Of a stretch of DNA of 46,136 nt, positions 1 to 7,870 are shown in pieces (position 1 is the first letter of the stretch; each line of letters starts with the position of its first letter). The notes under the pieces are model-generated. The model saw nothing but the letters and a program-made list of their open reading frames with translations. It searched no databases and was not told the DNA's origin. The translations under genes were made by a program, and so were the position numbers. Where the stretch lies: NCBI GenBank assembly GCA_964642445.1, contig CAZXQZ010000004.1:1-46136 (forward strand), in the 5' to 3' direction. This DNA comes from an uncultured Anaerolineae bacterium. GTDB lineage: Bacteria > Chloroflexota > Anaerolineae > SSC4 > Amarolineaceae.

Positions 1-3000
1 TCCCGGGGGAGTGGGCAAAACGCGGTTGCTGCGCGAGGCGGTGAAGCAGGCGCAGCAACAGAAGATGCTGACCACCGATATCATCGACCTGTACCACAGC
101 GACATCCACAGCAATTCGGGGATCGAGCGCGCAGTCATTGAAGGTCTGTGTGCCGGCGTGGACCCGGCTGTCATTGAGTTGATCCAGGACTCCTTCCAGG
201 CCTACGAATCTCTACGACGTGATTTCGATACATTAAGATCGAATACAAACGACATCCAGAGGATTGAAAACGCCCGGTCACAACTGCGCCCGGTTTTTGT
301 TGCATGTTACAACAACCTGACCGCAAAGTACCCGGTTCTTCTCGTGTTGGATACGGCCGAGTTGGTCCAGTTCGAGAGTGACATCATTCAACGCCTGTGT
401 CAGATAGAAAACGTGCCGGTCGAAGTCAAGGCGTGGTTGACCACTACACTACCACAGCTGCACAACAGCGTGATCTTGTTGGCCGGTCGTGGTCCTCGCC
501 AGGAAGTACCACACGATCCGCGCCGTCAATTATGGAATGACATCAAAAAGGCCCTCGCTGGCCTGGATCCATCCCATGTCCACTGGTTCGAGTTGGGTGA
601 GTTTGCGGAAGAGGACGGTGTTCGTTACTTTGATGCGGTTGCCGAGTTGATTCGAAATATGTGGACCCAGCATCCCCCGGGCACGTACAAAGACGATCTA
701 CAAAATGCCGTGGCTATGATTCAGGGAATTGAACCAGAAGATCGAATGGCTATCTGCCGAAGCCTCGGCGGACGTCCAATCCGCCTGGGTTTGTTCATAG
801 ACTTGTTGGCTGCCGGTGAGGACCTGACACCAGTGACTGCGGTTGGCGCACGATGGGACGAGACGATACAGGCAGCAATCATTGGACGGCTGACCAGGAT
901 CAGTCCTGACGTACCCTTACGTATCATGCTGGATTACCTGGCGGCGACGCGTCATGGATTGAATGCTGCTTTGCTGAATGTGCTGCGGCCAGAGTGGACC
1001 CTTGAGGAGTGCCAACAGCGTTTGAACCTGGCAAAAAAGCATAGTTTTGTCAAAACGCGCCCTCACACCGAGATGGTATTTCTGCACGACGAAATGTACG
1101 ACCTGTTGGATACGAGCATTGCACAGCCGCAGCATAGTCGATTTCGCACCTTCTATCAGAAGATTGCAGGATACTACGAAAACCTCATCAGCGAGCCTTC
1201 GCATTCTGATCCTCATGTCGATCAAGAAACGCTGCAAGTATTACAGGTTCATTATCGGCTGCTTGATGACCCAGCGCTCGGTTACGCAGCCTATGCGGGG
1301 TTTGACCAAGTAGCTATCGAAGGGTATGAGTTTGGCCATGACATGCGGCTGCGCGACGAAATCCTGCGCTTCTATGACAATAAGCACAACGAGACGATAG
1401 CCGACAACCGCGGTGTGCCGAGAACGGTTCTTGACTGCGACAGTGCCGTGCGCTGGGTTCAGCGGCATTTATCACGCGGCGAGACGCAGCGAGCGGCAGA
1501 GGTATCTGAGATTCTCCTGGCACACGGCCCCGACCCCTATCCTGCATTGCGTGCCAGGCAAGAGACAGTCCCGTATGAGCTGTCTGCTCAAGATGCAGCT
1601 GATGCCCGTCGCATCCTGTCCAGTGCCGGTCCATCCTTTTGGGCGCGGCTGCTGACATTCTACGGTGAAGCACTCCTACAGCTTGAAGCACCTTACGAAA
1701 AAACAAAGAGGGTGCTGGACACAGCCATCCAGCTTCTCGAAGATGAGAATGTGACTGACATACGCAGCATTCCGGGATCGGTGATGCCGCTGATCTTGCG
1801 GCATGCATATGCCAATCGATGGCACTTCAATCGGACCTACGAGCTTCCCGCACAGGCATCTGACCTTCAGCGAGTCGCAGAGGAATTGGCACAAATTCTA
1901 CAGTTTGGTCCATCACCTTACCCAGGACTTGTTGTCATTCGAAGCGGAACCAGCGATCGGCGATTACCTTTTGACATCGAAGAAGCGCGCCGCCTCTATG
2001 GTAATGTCTACACTCTTTTCTGGGCAGAGGTTCTGGTGGATTATGGCGAAAAGTTGGTGTATCTGGCGGTGCCCTTTGCTGGTACCGAAAGAGTTCTGCG
2101 TCATGCCATCGATCTCCTGAAAAACATGCCGGTAACGGATAGGTTTCCATCCGAGCGCCGCTTGTTGCGCCTTGGCGCTTCCTACAATCTCCTGGGGTAT
2201 CTAAACCGCACCCACGGGTTTCACGCCCAGGCGCGAGAAGAATATCAGCGCGCATTGGGCCAATACCCACAATCGGCCCAAGCGGAGCGAGCCACAACGC
2301 AGACCAATCTCGCCTATCTTCTCAGCCTGTTGGGTCTCAGCCGACAAGCCAGGACCAATGTCGAGGATGCCATTCAAATCCAAAGGGATCTGGGTAACCA
2401 AGAGGACGTCGCTTTGGGTTACAGCACGCTCGGACTGATCAACACGCGCGACGGGCACCCAGACTGGGGCGCCGAAAGAAGTCGAGAAGCGTTGCGCATC
2501 TCCCAGTCATTGAACTCACCTCGCGTCGAAGGCCTGTCTTTGTTAGGTCTGGCGTACGCATTGCGCCAGCAAGGTGAACATTGGAAACTTCAAGTCTGCA
2601 CAGCTGCGCAGGCCAAAACATTCTATGAAGAGAGCGCCAATTTACTCCGCCGTGCAGTGGCTATTTTCGAAAATGACGTCATCGAACCGAGCCGTCTGTG
2701 GGAAGCGTACAATGAGCTAGGCAGCGTGTACGGCGATCGGGGATGGCTGTATGCGACATCGGATGAAACAATCGATGAAAACCAGAAACAGATGGCTTTG
2801 CGCTTTTACCAGGAGTCGATTGTTCACCAACTCAACGCTGATAGAATTGCACGAGAACACGCTCTCCCGCTGCAGCGTATCGATTCCCACATCGACCTGG
2901 CACAAGTCTACGGAGACCGGAGTTTCTTGTTTGCATCGATCGGTCAACACACGAACGCATCGACAAATCGCGTCGAAGGCGAGAAGTTGTTGATGGCTGT

Positions 3001-3406
3001 GCGCACTGAATTGGCCCCGGAGAGTTCTCGTCTTATTCCTGGCACTGGATTTGCCGGACCGGGCCAACGCGGTGTTGCCCATTTGCTGCACCTGGGCAAA
3101 AGCCATTTGTGGCGCGGGGTGTGGGCTTTTCGTGACGTTGAGTATGAGCTCGTTCCTGATTCTGAAAAAGACCTGCGCATGGGACTGGCTACCCAAGAGC
3201 TCATCACGGCGGCAGCCTATTTCCAGCACTACTGGCGGACATCGCCTGACCTCGATCGCACTTTTGCGTATTTGGGACGCTTTCTCAAATTGTTCCAGGT
3301 GTCACCGGAATGGGCAAAAAAGCAAATCAGTGCTTTCAATCACCAATACCCGAACATCGACCTACCCGCCGTGCGTGAAGCGATTGAGGACATCATCGGT
3401 CAGTGA
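1..3406 (+). CDS. STAND-type P-loop NTPase with C-terminal TPR repeats; 5' end lies upstream of the window
   Basis: The frame is open from base 2. A Walker A motif (PGGVGKTRLL) sits at the window edge, so the N-terminal domain is missing. The C-terminal third has TPR-like repeats (NLAYLLSLLGL...ALGYSTLGLIN...GLSLLGLAYAL). The stop codon TGA 3404-3406 overlaps the GTG start of the next gene. Confidence 0.7.
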   Translation, partial: PGGVGKTRLLREAVKQAQQQKMLTTDIIDLYHSDIHSNSGIERAVIEGLCAGVDPAVIELIQDSFQAYESLRRDFDTLRSNTNDIQRIENARSQLRPVFVACYNNLTAKYPVLLVLDTAELVQFESDIIQRLCQIENVPVEVKAWLTTTLPQLHNSVILLAGRGPRQEVPHDPRRQLWNDIKKALAGLDPSHVHWFELGEFAEEDGVRYFDAVAELIRNMWTQHPPGTYKDDLQNAVAMIQGIEPEDRMAICRSLGGRPIRLGLFIDLLAAGEDLTPVTAVGARWDETIQAAIIGRLTRISPDVPLRIMLDYLAATRHGLNAALLNVLRPEWTLEECQQRLNLAKKHSFVKTRPHTEMVFLHDEMYDLLDTSIAQPQHSRFRTFYQKIAGYYENLISEPSHSDPHVDQETLQVLQVHYRLLDDPALGYAAYAGFDQVAIEGYEFGHDMRLRDEILRFYDNKHNETIADNRGVPRTVLDCDSAVRWVQRHLSRGETQRAAEVSEILLAHGPDPYPALRARQETVPYELSAQDAADARRILSSAGPSFWARLLTFYGEALLQLEAPYEKTKRVLDTAIQLLEDENVTDIRSIPGSVMPLILRHAYANRWHFNRTYELPAQASDLQRVAEELAQILQFGPSPYPGLVVIRSGTSDRRLPFDIEEARRLYGNVYTLFWAEVLVDYGEKLVYLAVPFAGTERVLRHAIDLLKNMPVTDRFPSERRLLRLGASYNLLGYLNRTHGFHAQAREEYQRALGQYPQSAQAERATTQTNLAYLLSLLGLSRQARTNVEDAIQIQRDLGNQEDVALGYSTLGLINTRDGHPDWGAERSREALRISQSLNSPRVEGLSLLGLAYALRQQGEHWKLQVCTAAQAKTFYEESANLLRRAVAIFENDVIEPSRLWEAYNELGSVYGDRGWLYATSDETIDENQKQMALRFYQESIVHQLNADRIAREHALPLQRIDSHIDLAQVYGDRSFLFASIGQHTNASTNRVEGEKLLMAVRTELAPESSRLIPGTGFAGPGQRGVAHLLHLGKSHLWRGVWAFRDVEYELVPDSEKDLRMGLATQELITAAAYFQHYWRTSPDLDRTFAYLGRFLKLFQVSPEWAKKQISAFNHQYPNIDLPAVREAIEDIIGQ

Positions 3407-3930
3407 TCTCTAACATTCACGCGGGTGCCGTAGCCTGTTGTTCCATTCGTCACGCCCTGCCAGCCGATGCCCCAACCATCGTGGCCGGCATCGATGCCGT
3501 CTGCGCCGAGGGCGGCGCCTTTGAAACGACGCGGTACGTTCCAACACCGGCCTGGGAAACGGTGCTGCACCACCCCGAAACAGTGCCCGACCACCTCCTG
3601 GTGGTTGCGGAGCACGACGGTTGTTTTGCCGGTGCCGGACGTTTGTTCCCGACCCCCACAGATTTTTTGTGCCATCACGTTACCGATTTGGGGATCTTCG
3701 TCGCCGCTGGTTTGCGGCGACGCGGTATTGGCACGCAACTGATGACCACGATGCTCGATTGGGCGACGCAGAAGGGGTTCGAGAAGGTCACGTTGAGCGC
3801 CTTCGCCAGCAATGCTGCCGCGCTGACCCTATTCGAACGTCTTGGCTTCGTCGAGGAAGGTCGCCGCCGGCGCCAGTTCAAAACCGGCACGACGTATACC
3901 GATGAAGTGTTCCTGTCACGTTTTCTGTGA
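3403..3930 (+). CDS. GNAT family N-acetyltransferase
   Basis: 175 aa with an acetyl-CoA binding motif (RRRGIGTQLMTTMLDWA) and the signature LGFVEEG near the C-terminus. The GTG start overlaps the upstream stop (GTGA). Its own stop overlaps the GTG at 3927 of the next ORF. Confidence 0.8.
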   Translation: MISNIHAGAVACCSIRHALPADAPTIVAGIDAVCAEGGAFETTRYVPTPAWETVLHHPETVPDHLLVVAEHDGCFAGAGRLFPTPTDFLCHHVTDLGIFVAAGLRRRGIGTQLMTTMLDWATQKGFEKVTLSAFASNAAALTLFERLGFVEEGRRRRQFKTGTTYTDEVFLSRFL

Positions 3931-3947
3931 TCCTTAAGGAGATCATC

Positions 3948-5450
3948 ATGCAGCTTCCAGACACTGCGGCCATCATACTCTCACCCTACGATAGTTCCCT
4001 GGGGTTCTCTCCTGGTCCAGAACTGGAAAAGGACTGCGCCTGCAGCACGCCGGACTTGTACACCCATACGCTGCCTGTGCAACCGTCAGGGCCCCGTGCC
4101 GACCGCCACTACCAGGCCCAGGCACTGTTCCAGCAACCCCTGCACACCAACTGGACCCTGCTCTGCAACCCGGCCGCCACCCACAGCCTGGCCGTGGTCA
4201 CGCCGCCGGTGCTCGACATCCTGGCCGCCTTCGCACAACCGCGTACCCTGTCCGACGGCATCCGGCACGCCGGCGCACCAGCTCACGGCCCGGCCACCGC
4301 CCACCGCCTGGTCGACCTGGGGCTGCTGCGCGTGCCCGACACGACGCCGGCCCTCCCCGCGCCAGACACCACCCTCACCGCCTGGTTACACGTGACCAAC
4401 GCCTGTAACCTGCGCTGCACCTACTGCTACGTCAACAAAACCGCCGACCGGATGGCGGCCGAAACCGGACGCCAGGCCGTCGATGCCATCCTGCGCACCG
4501 CACAAAACAATCACTTCCAACGGGTCAAAATCAAATACGCCGGCGGTGAGGCCACACTCGATTTTGGCCACGTTCTGGCCCTGCACGACTATGCCCGCCA
4601 GCAGGCCGCCCGGCATGATCTGACCCTCGACAGCGTCGTGCTCAGTAACGGCGTCGCCTGGAGCCAGCGCATGATCGCGGCCCTGCAGGCCCACGACCTG
4701 CGCCTGATGATCTCGCTCGACGGTATTGGCGCTGCACACGACGACCAGCGACCCTTTGCCAGCGGCCATGGCTCTTTCAGCCACGTGGTTCGTACACTCG
4801 ACCGCCTGGCCAGCGCCGGTGTCACGCCGACAATCTCGGTGACCATCACCGACAACAACCTGGCCACCCTGCCCGAAACTGTGGATTGGCTCCTCCAGCG
4901 GCAGCTGCCGTTCACGCTGAACTTCTACCGAGCCAACGACTGTGTGACCAGTCCCAGCGACCTCACCCTGCGCAACGACCAGGTTATCGCAGCGCTGTAC
5001 GCGGCCTTCGCCGTCATCGAAGCTAACCTGCCGCCCTTCAGCCTGTTAGATTGCCTGGCCGACCTGGCACAGCTCGATGCGGTGCACGATCGGCCCTGTG
5101 GCGCAGGGCAAAATTACCTGGTCATCGATCACAACGGCCACGTCGCACGCTGCCACATGGAGCTGGCACACCCCGTCACCGATATCACAGCCGCTGATCC
5201 ACTGCTTGCGCTGCGTGCACGCCCCACGGGCTGGCGCAACGGACCGGTCAGCGAAAAGACCAGCTGCCAGAGCTGCACCTGGCGCCACTGGTGCGCCGGC
5301 GGCTGCCCACTGCTGACTTATCGTGCCACGGGACGCTGGGACGTGCAGTCACCCTACTGCCAGGTCTATCAAGCCATCTTCCCCAAGATTCTGCGCCTGG
5401 AAGGGCTGCGGCTGCTGCACGATGCCCTCCCGTCCATGAAGCCGACCTGA
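3948..5450 (+). CDS. radical SAM / SPASM-domain enzyme with ~150-aa N-terminal extension
   Basis: A CxxxCxxC radical-SAM cluster motif (TNACNLRCTYCY) sits about 150 aa from the start. The C-terminal SPASM/twitch Cys pattern is CGAGQNYLVIDHNGHVARC...CQSCTWRHWCAGGCP. A strong SD (AAGGAG, 3936-3941) lies 6 nt before the ATG at 3948. An alternative GTG start is at 3927. Confidence 0.85.
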   Translation: MQLPDTAAIILSPYDSSLGFSPGPELEKDCACSTPDLYTHTLPVQPSGPRADRHYQAQALFQQPLHTNWTLLCNPAATHSLAVVTPPVLDILAAFAQPRTLSDGIRHAGAPAHGPATAHRLVDLGLLRVPDTTPALPAPDTTLTAWLHVTNACNLRCTYCYVNKTADRMAAETGRQAVDAILRTAQNNHFQRVKIKYAGGEATLDFGHVLALHDYARQQAARHDLTLDSVVLSNGVAWSQRMIAALQAHDLRLMISLDGIGAAHDDQRPFASGHGSFSHVVRTLDRLASAGVTPTISVTITDNNLATLPETVDWLLQRQLPFTLNFYRANDCVTSPSDLTLRNDQVIAALYAAFAVIEANLPPFSLLDCLADLAQLDAVHDRPCGAGQNYLVIDHNGHVARCHMELAHPVTDITAADPLLALRARPTGWRNGPVSEKTSCQSCTWRHWCAGGCPLLTYRATGRWDVQSPYCQVYQAIFPKILRLEGLRLLHDALPSMKPT

Positions 5451-5525
5451 GTGACAGTCATCGCAGTTTAGACAAGACGCCCCACACATTTCCCACCTTG
5501 CGGACGCACGTCGGCGAGCGCATTC

Positions 5526-5534
5526 TTATCCACT
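5526..5534 (+). promoter_or_regulatory. DnaA-box-like site TTATCCACT (8/9)
   Basis: Matches the consensus TTATCCACA at 8 of 9 positions. A second weaker site, TTATCCTCG, is at 5605-5613. Both lie in the 206-bp intergenic region upstream of the 5657 gene. Confidence 0.3.
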
Positions 5535-5656
5535 TTGTCACAAATGCCACACGGCTGTAACTGGTATGCCATGATGATGTTATGTCGTGCATACCTGAAT
5601 TGTGTTATCCTCGTGTCAGCCGTGCAGGTAACTCATTCAGAAAGGAGCAACGGTCG

Positions 5657-6595
5657 ATGCAAAACAACTACAGCTTCGGTCCGATTGTCGGATTCTTGAT
5701 CTTCGTCGTGCTTGGCACCGCGATCCTTACGGTGGGGGCCGCCGGGACTTACGGACCACAACAACAGGCCGTGGCAAACCGCATCAACGCCGAAGTCGAG
5801 TATCTCAGGGGCAAATATGCCCAAGAACTGGCGGCCAGTCAGGCGGAGATCAACGCGGCAATCGCCAACGCACCGGCCCTGGCGCAACTGGAGCTTGATC
5901 GCCAGGCGCAGGAGCTCGCACAGCAGAAACGAGACTTCGAGTTGAATTCGGGCATCAAAGAGTCCATACCCTACGGCATCCTTGCCCTGACGGTCGCGGC
6001 GGCTGTCATAGCTGCAGCCTACGCCGCTTCACGCACAACGGGCAGCATTGCAGTGGGTCACGTACCCGCCGAGTCAGCCAGTGGCGAACATCAGGCTCGA
6101 CAACCAGCCAACCCCCACCGGACACTGGAAGCAAGCACTCCGTCCGGTTTGCGGTCACGTCCCGCCACGGCCCGCCCTGCCGAGCAGCCACCCTCCGCTA
6201 ATGGCCACACCGCCTCGCGCATGCGTGCGTATCGGCAGATTCTCGAACGCGACCACGCCACAACCGAGCAGCTTGGCCAGCAAATGACAACCCAGCAAAA
6301 TCAGATCTGCGCGCTATCTGAACTGATCATCAGTGTACAGAGAGCCGTCGAACAGATCGCAACGACGATGCAGGCTCGTGATGATCTGCTCGTCACACAG
6401 ATAGAGGACATCCAGGCTGCACTCCACCAAATCGATGCAGTGCGCACCAGCGAACCGAAACTGATACAGAACAACGGCCAGGAACATGCAATCGACATTC
6501 GGGAAATCAGCCGGTCAAGTGCCAGTCACAACGGCACCCATTTGACAAAGGAGGCACCGGGGCAGCACCCATCTACCTGGCGCAAAGCCGCCTGA
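5657..6595 (+). CDS. hypothetical membrane protein with coiled-coil segments
   Basis: ATG follows an SD (AAAGGAG). Two hydrophobic helices are present (IVGFLIFVVLGTAILTVGAAG and ILALTVAAAVIAAAYAA). Heptad-like Ala/Gln/Glu-rich stretches occur. I recognise no known family. Confidence 0.55.
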   Translation: MQNNYSFGPIVGFLIFVVLGTAILTVGAAGTYGPQQQAVANRINAEVEYLRGKYAQELAASQAEINAAIANAPALAQLELDRQAQELAQQKRDFELNSGIKESIPYGILALTVAAAVIAAAYAASRTTGSIAVGHVPAESASGEHQARQPANPHRTLEASTPSGLRSRPATARPAEQPPSANGHTASRMRAYRQILERDHATTEQLGQQMTTQQNQICALSELIISVQRAVEQIATTMQARDDLLVTQIEDIQAALHQIDAVRTSEPKLIQNNGQEHAIDIREISRSSASHNGTHLTKEAPGQHPSTWRKAA

Positions 6596-6689
6596 AGCAC
6601 TCAGCAAAGGATAAAGCGCAGTCCGCACTGGCCCATGCGGGCTGTGCCGTTCTTCTGGATTGCAGCGCAGCCAGGGCGCTCTGATGGCA

Positions 6690-6746
6690 AGAAGTACATA
6701 TCCAAGTCATAAGATATATGATTAGTATAGTAGTCGTAGTAGTAGG
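6690..6746. other. AT-rich stretch, candidate DNA-unwinding element
   Basis: The sequence GAAGTACATATCCAAGTCATAAGATATATGATTAGTATAGTAGTCGTAGTAGTAG is about 31% GC in a ~65% GC context. It includes a TAG/TCG trinucleotide run. Confidence 0.35.
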
Positions 6747-6757
6747 GGCTGGGGAAA

Positions 6758-6766
6758 AGTGGATAA
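6758..6766 (-). promoter_or_regulatory. DnaA box (8/9, TTATCCACT on minus strand)
   Basis: The plus strand reads AGTGGATAA. Confidence 0.35.
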
Positions 6767-7002
6767 CACCCAGTTTCGCCGCATGCAACCACAAGCGCTT
6801 GTGTCCGGCACCCGCGACGCCCCCTACATATGGGTTTTGCGCTGTGCATAAGCGTGGGGAAAAAGCTGGGGGCAGCCGCGGGAGTCTGTCCTGTCCATCT
6901 GGCCCTGCCCCGACGACCGACACTAGATGTTGTGGTTTTGCGTCTGGGACCGCGCAGATATAGGTGAACCACCCGGAGCCAGGGTTGGGATATTTTTGGC
7001 AC

Positions 7003-7011
7003 TTATCCACA
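7003..7011 (+). promoter_or_regulatory. perfect DnaA box TTATCCACA
   Basis: Exact 9-mer consensus. Confidence 0.5.
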
Positions 7012-7044
7012 AAACTGACAAACGTAAGCAGTTTCTCCCCAGAG

Positions 7045-7053
7045 TTATCCACA
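7045..7053 (+). promoter_or_regulatory. perfect DnaA box TTATCCACA
   Basis: Exact 9-mer consensus, 42 bp downstream of the first box and in the same orientation. Confidence 0.5.
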
Positions 7054-7087
7054 GAAGCTGCGCATATCCCAACCTGCCGTGGGATAT

Positions 7088-7852
7088 CTACCTGGCACCG
7101 TGATCCCAGTTTTGGACGTCCGTGGGATCGATTCCTTGCTTCAATTGCCGGATCAGGACCCGCAGCGCCTGAATGGCATCCCCGGTGGGCGGGCTGCCGG
7201 TGACCTCCATGACCAGGGCCGAGACCTGTTCACGCCAGAGATCGGCCTGTTCACGCAAGGTCGCACGTTCGGTATCGAAACGGGCTTCGATCGTGGCCAA
7301 CTGCTGCGCCAGCTGCTCACGGCCATTTTTCTCCCCGGCCCACTCCGTGCGGTACCAACCCAACGGCTTGCTGTCACCGGGCAGCGTAACCCGGCTGCAA
7401 TCGGTTTCGATGGGCGGTTCACCCGGCAAGGCCTTGGTGCCGTTCAGATAAGGCAGCGGATCCGAGAAACCAAACCAGCCATCATCGCGTGAATAAGGAT
7501 TGATGCGCAGGCCGAAGTGCAGGTGAGCCCCGGTGGTGTTGCCGGTGTTGTCCGATTGGCCAATGACGTCGCCCGCTTTGACCCGATCCCCTTCACCGAC
7601 GCTGAATTTGTCCAGGTGGGCATACACCGTCTCACCCCAGGCGTGCTGGAGCTTCACATAGTTGCCGTATTGCTTCTGGCTGGAGGCTTCGGCCACGACG
7701 CCGTCATAGGCGGCGAGAATGGGTGTGCCGTTGGGTATCCCGTAATCGATGCCCTCATGCCCTTTGAGGCCGTACTGATTGTAGTTCTGAGGGTTCTTGC
7801 CAAAGAGCTGGGTGATTCGGAAATCTCCATCGAAGGGTTTGCGCAGTGGCAT
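7088..7852 (-). CDS. M23 family metallopeptidase (LytM-like) fused to C-terminal coiled-coil; no signal peptide
   Basis: N-terminal M23 motifs HEGIDY (HxxxD) and HLHFGLR (HxH) are both intact. The C-terminal ~100 aa are Gln/Glu/Arg-rich heptads. An SD (AGGAG) sits 9 nt before the ATG. There is no N-terminal hydrophobic segment. Confidence 0.75.
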   Translation of the reverse strand: MPLRKPFDGDFRITQLFGKNPQNYNQYGLKGHEGIDYGIPNGTPILAAYDGVVAEASSQKQYGNYVKLQHAWGETVYAHLDKFSVGEGDRVKAGDVIGQSDNTGNTTGAHLHFGLRINPYSRDDGWFGFSDPLPYLNGTKALPGEPPIETDCSRVTLPGDSKPLGWYRTEWAGEKNGREQLAQQLATIEARFDTERATLREQADLWREQVSALVMEVTGSPPTGDAIQALRVLIRQLKQGIDPTDVQNWDHGAR

Positions 7853-7870
7853 GGTCAGCAGCTCCTGTCG

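Larger units (their letters stand above)
6596..7087. other. candidate chromosomal replication origin (oriC-like) or DnaA-controlled non-coding element
   Basis: A 490-bp non-coding gap between convergent gene ends. It holds an AT-rich stretch (6690-6746), two perfect and one 8/9 DnaA boxes, an inverted pair TTGGGATAT (6985-6993) / ATATCCCAA (7064-7072) bracketing the two perfect boxes, and a CCGTGGGAT direct repeat at 7077 and 7120. Confidence 0.4.

Noticed and set aside
3927-3947. GTG start at 3927 for the rSAM gene (MILKEII-MQL...)
   Set aside because: The SD AAGGAG at 3936-3941 is perfectly spaced for the ATG at 3948 and would lie inside the coding sequence if 3927 were used. The overlap GTGA may still serve as a coupling or restart site.
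5451-5656. Possible RiPP precursor ORF downstream of the rSAM/SPASM gene (42-aa MMMLCRAYLNC...), and a 7-bp inverted repeat GGTATGC/GCATACC
   Set aside because: No SD, no Cys/Gly/Ser-rich core and no leader-like helix. The inverted repeat is short with a 19-nt loop. The region is more likely the promoter and DnaA-box-like leader of the 5657 gene.
6690-6746. XerCD dif-like sequence (CATAA-GATATA-TGATTAG) between convergent genes
   Set aside because: The XerD-arm consensus TTATGTTAAAT is not matched (about 3 of 11). The window carries the origin-proximal markers parAB and rpmH, which makes a terminus location unlikely. It is kept as the AT-rich part of the origin candidate instead.
6573-7052. 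Minus-strand ORFs of 159 and 133 aa covering the DnaA-box gap
   Set aside because: Low-complexity products, no SD, and overlapping frames. They sit exactly on the repeat and motif region and are more likely non-coding. Real small proteins cannot be fully excluded.
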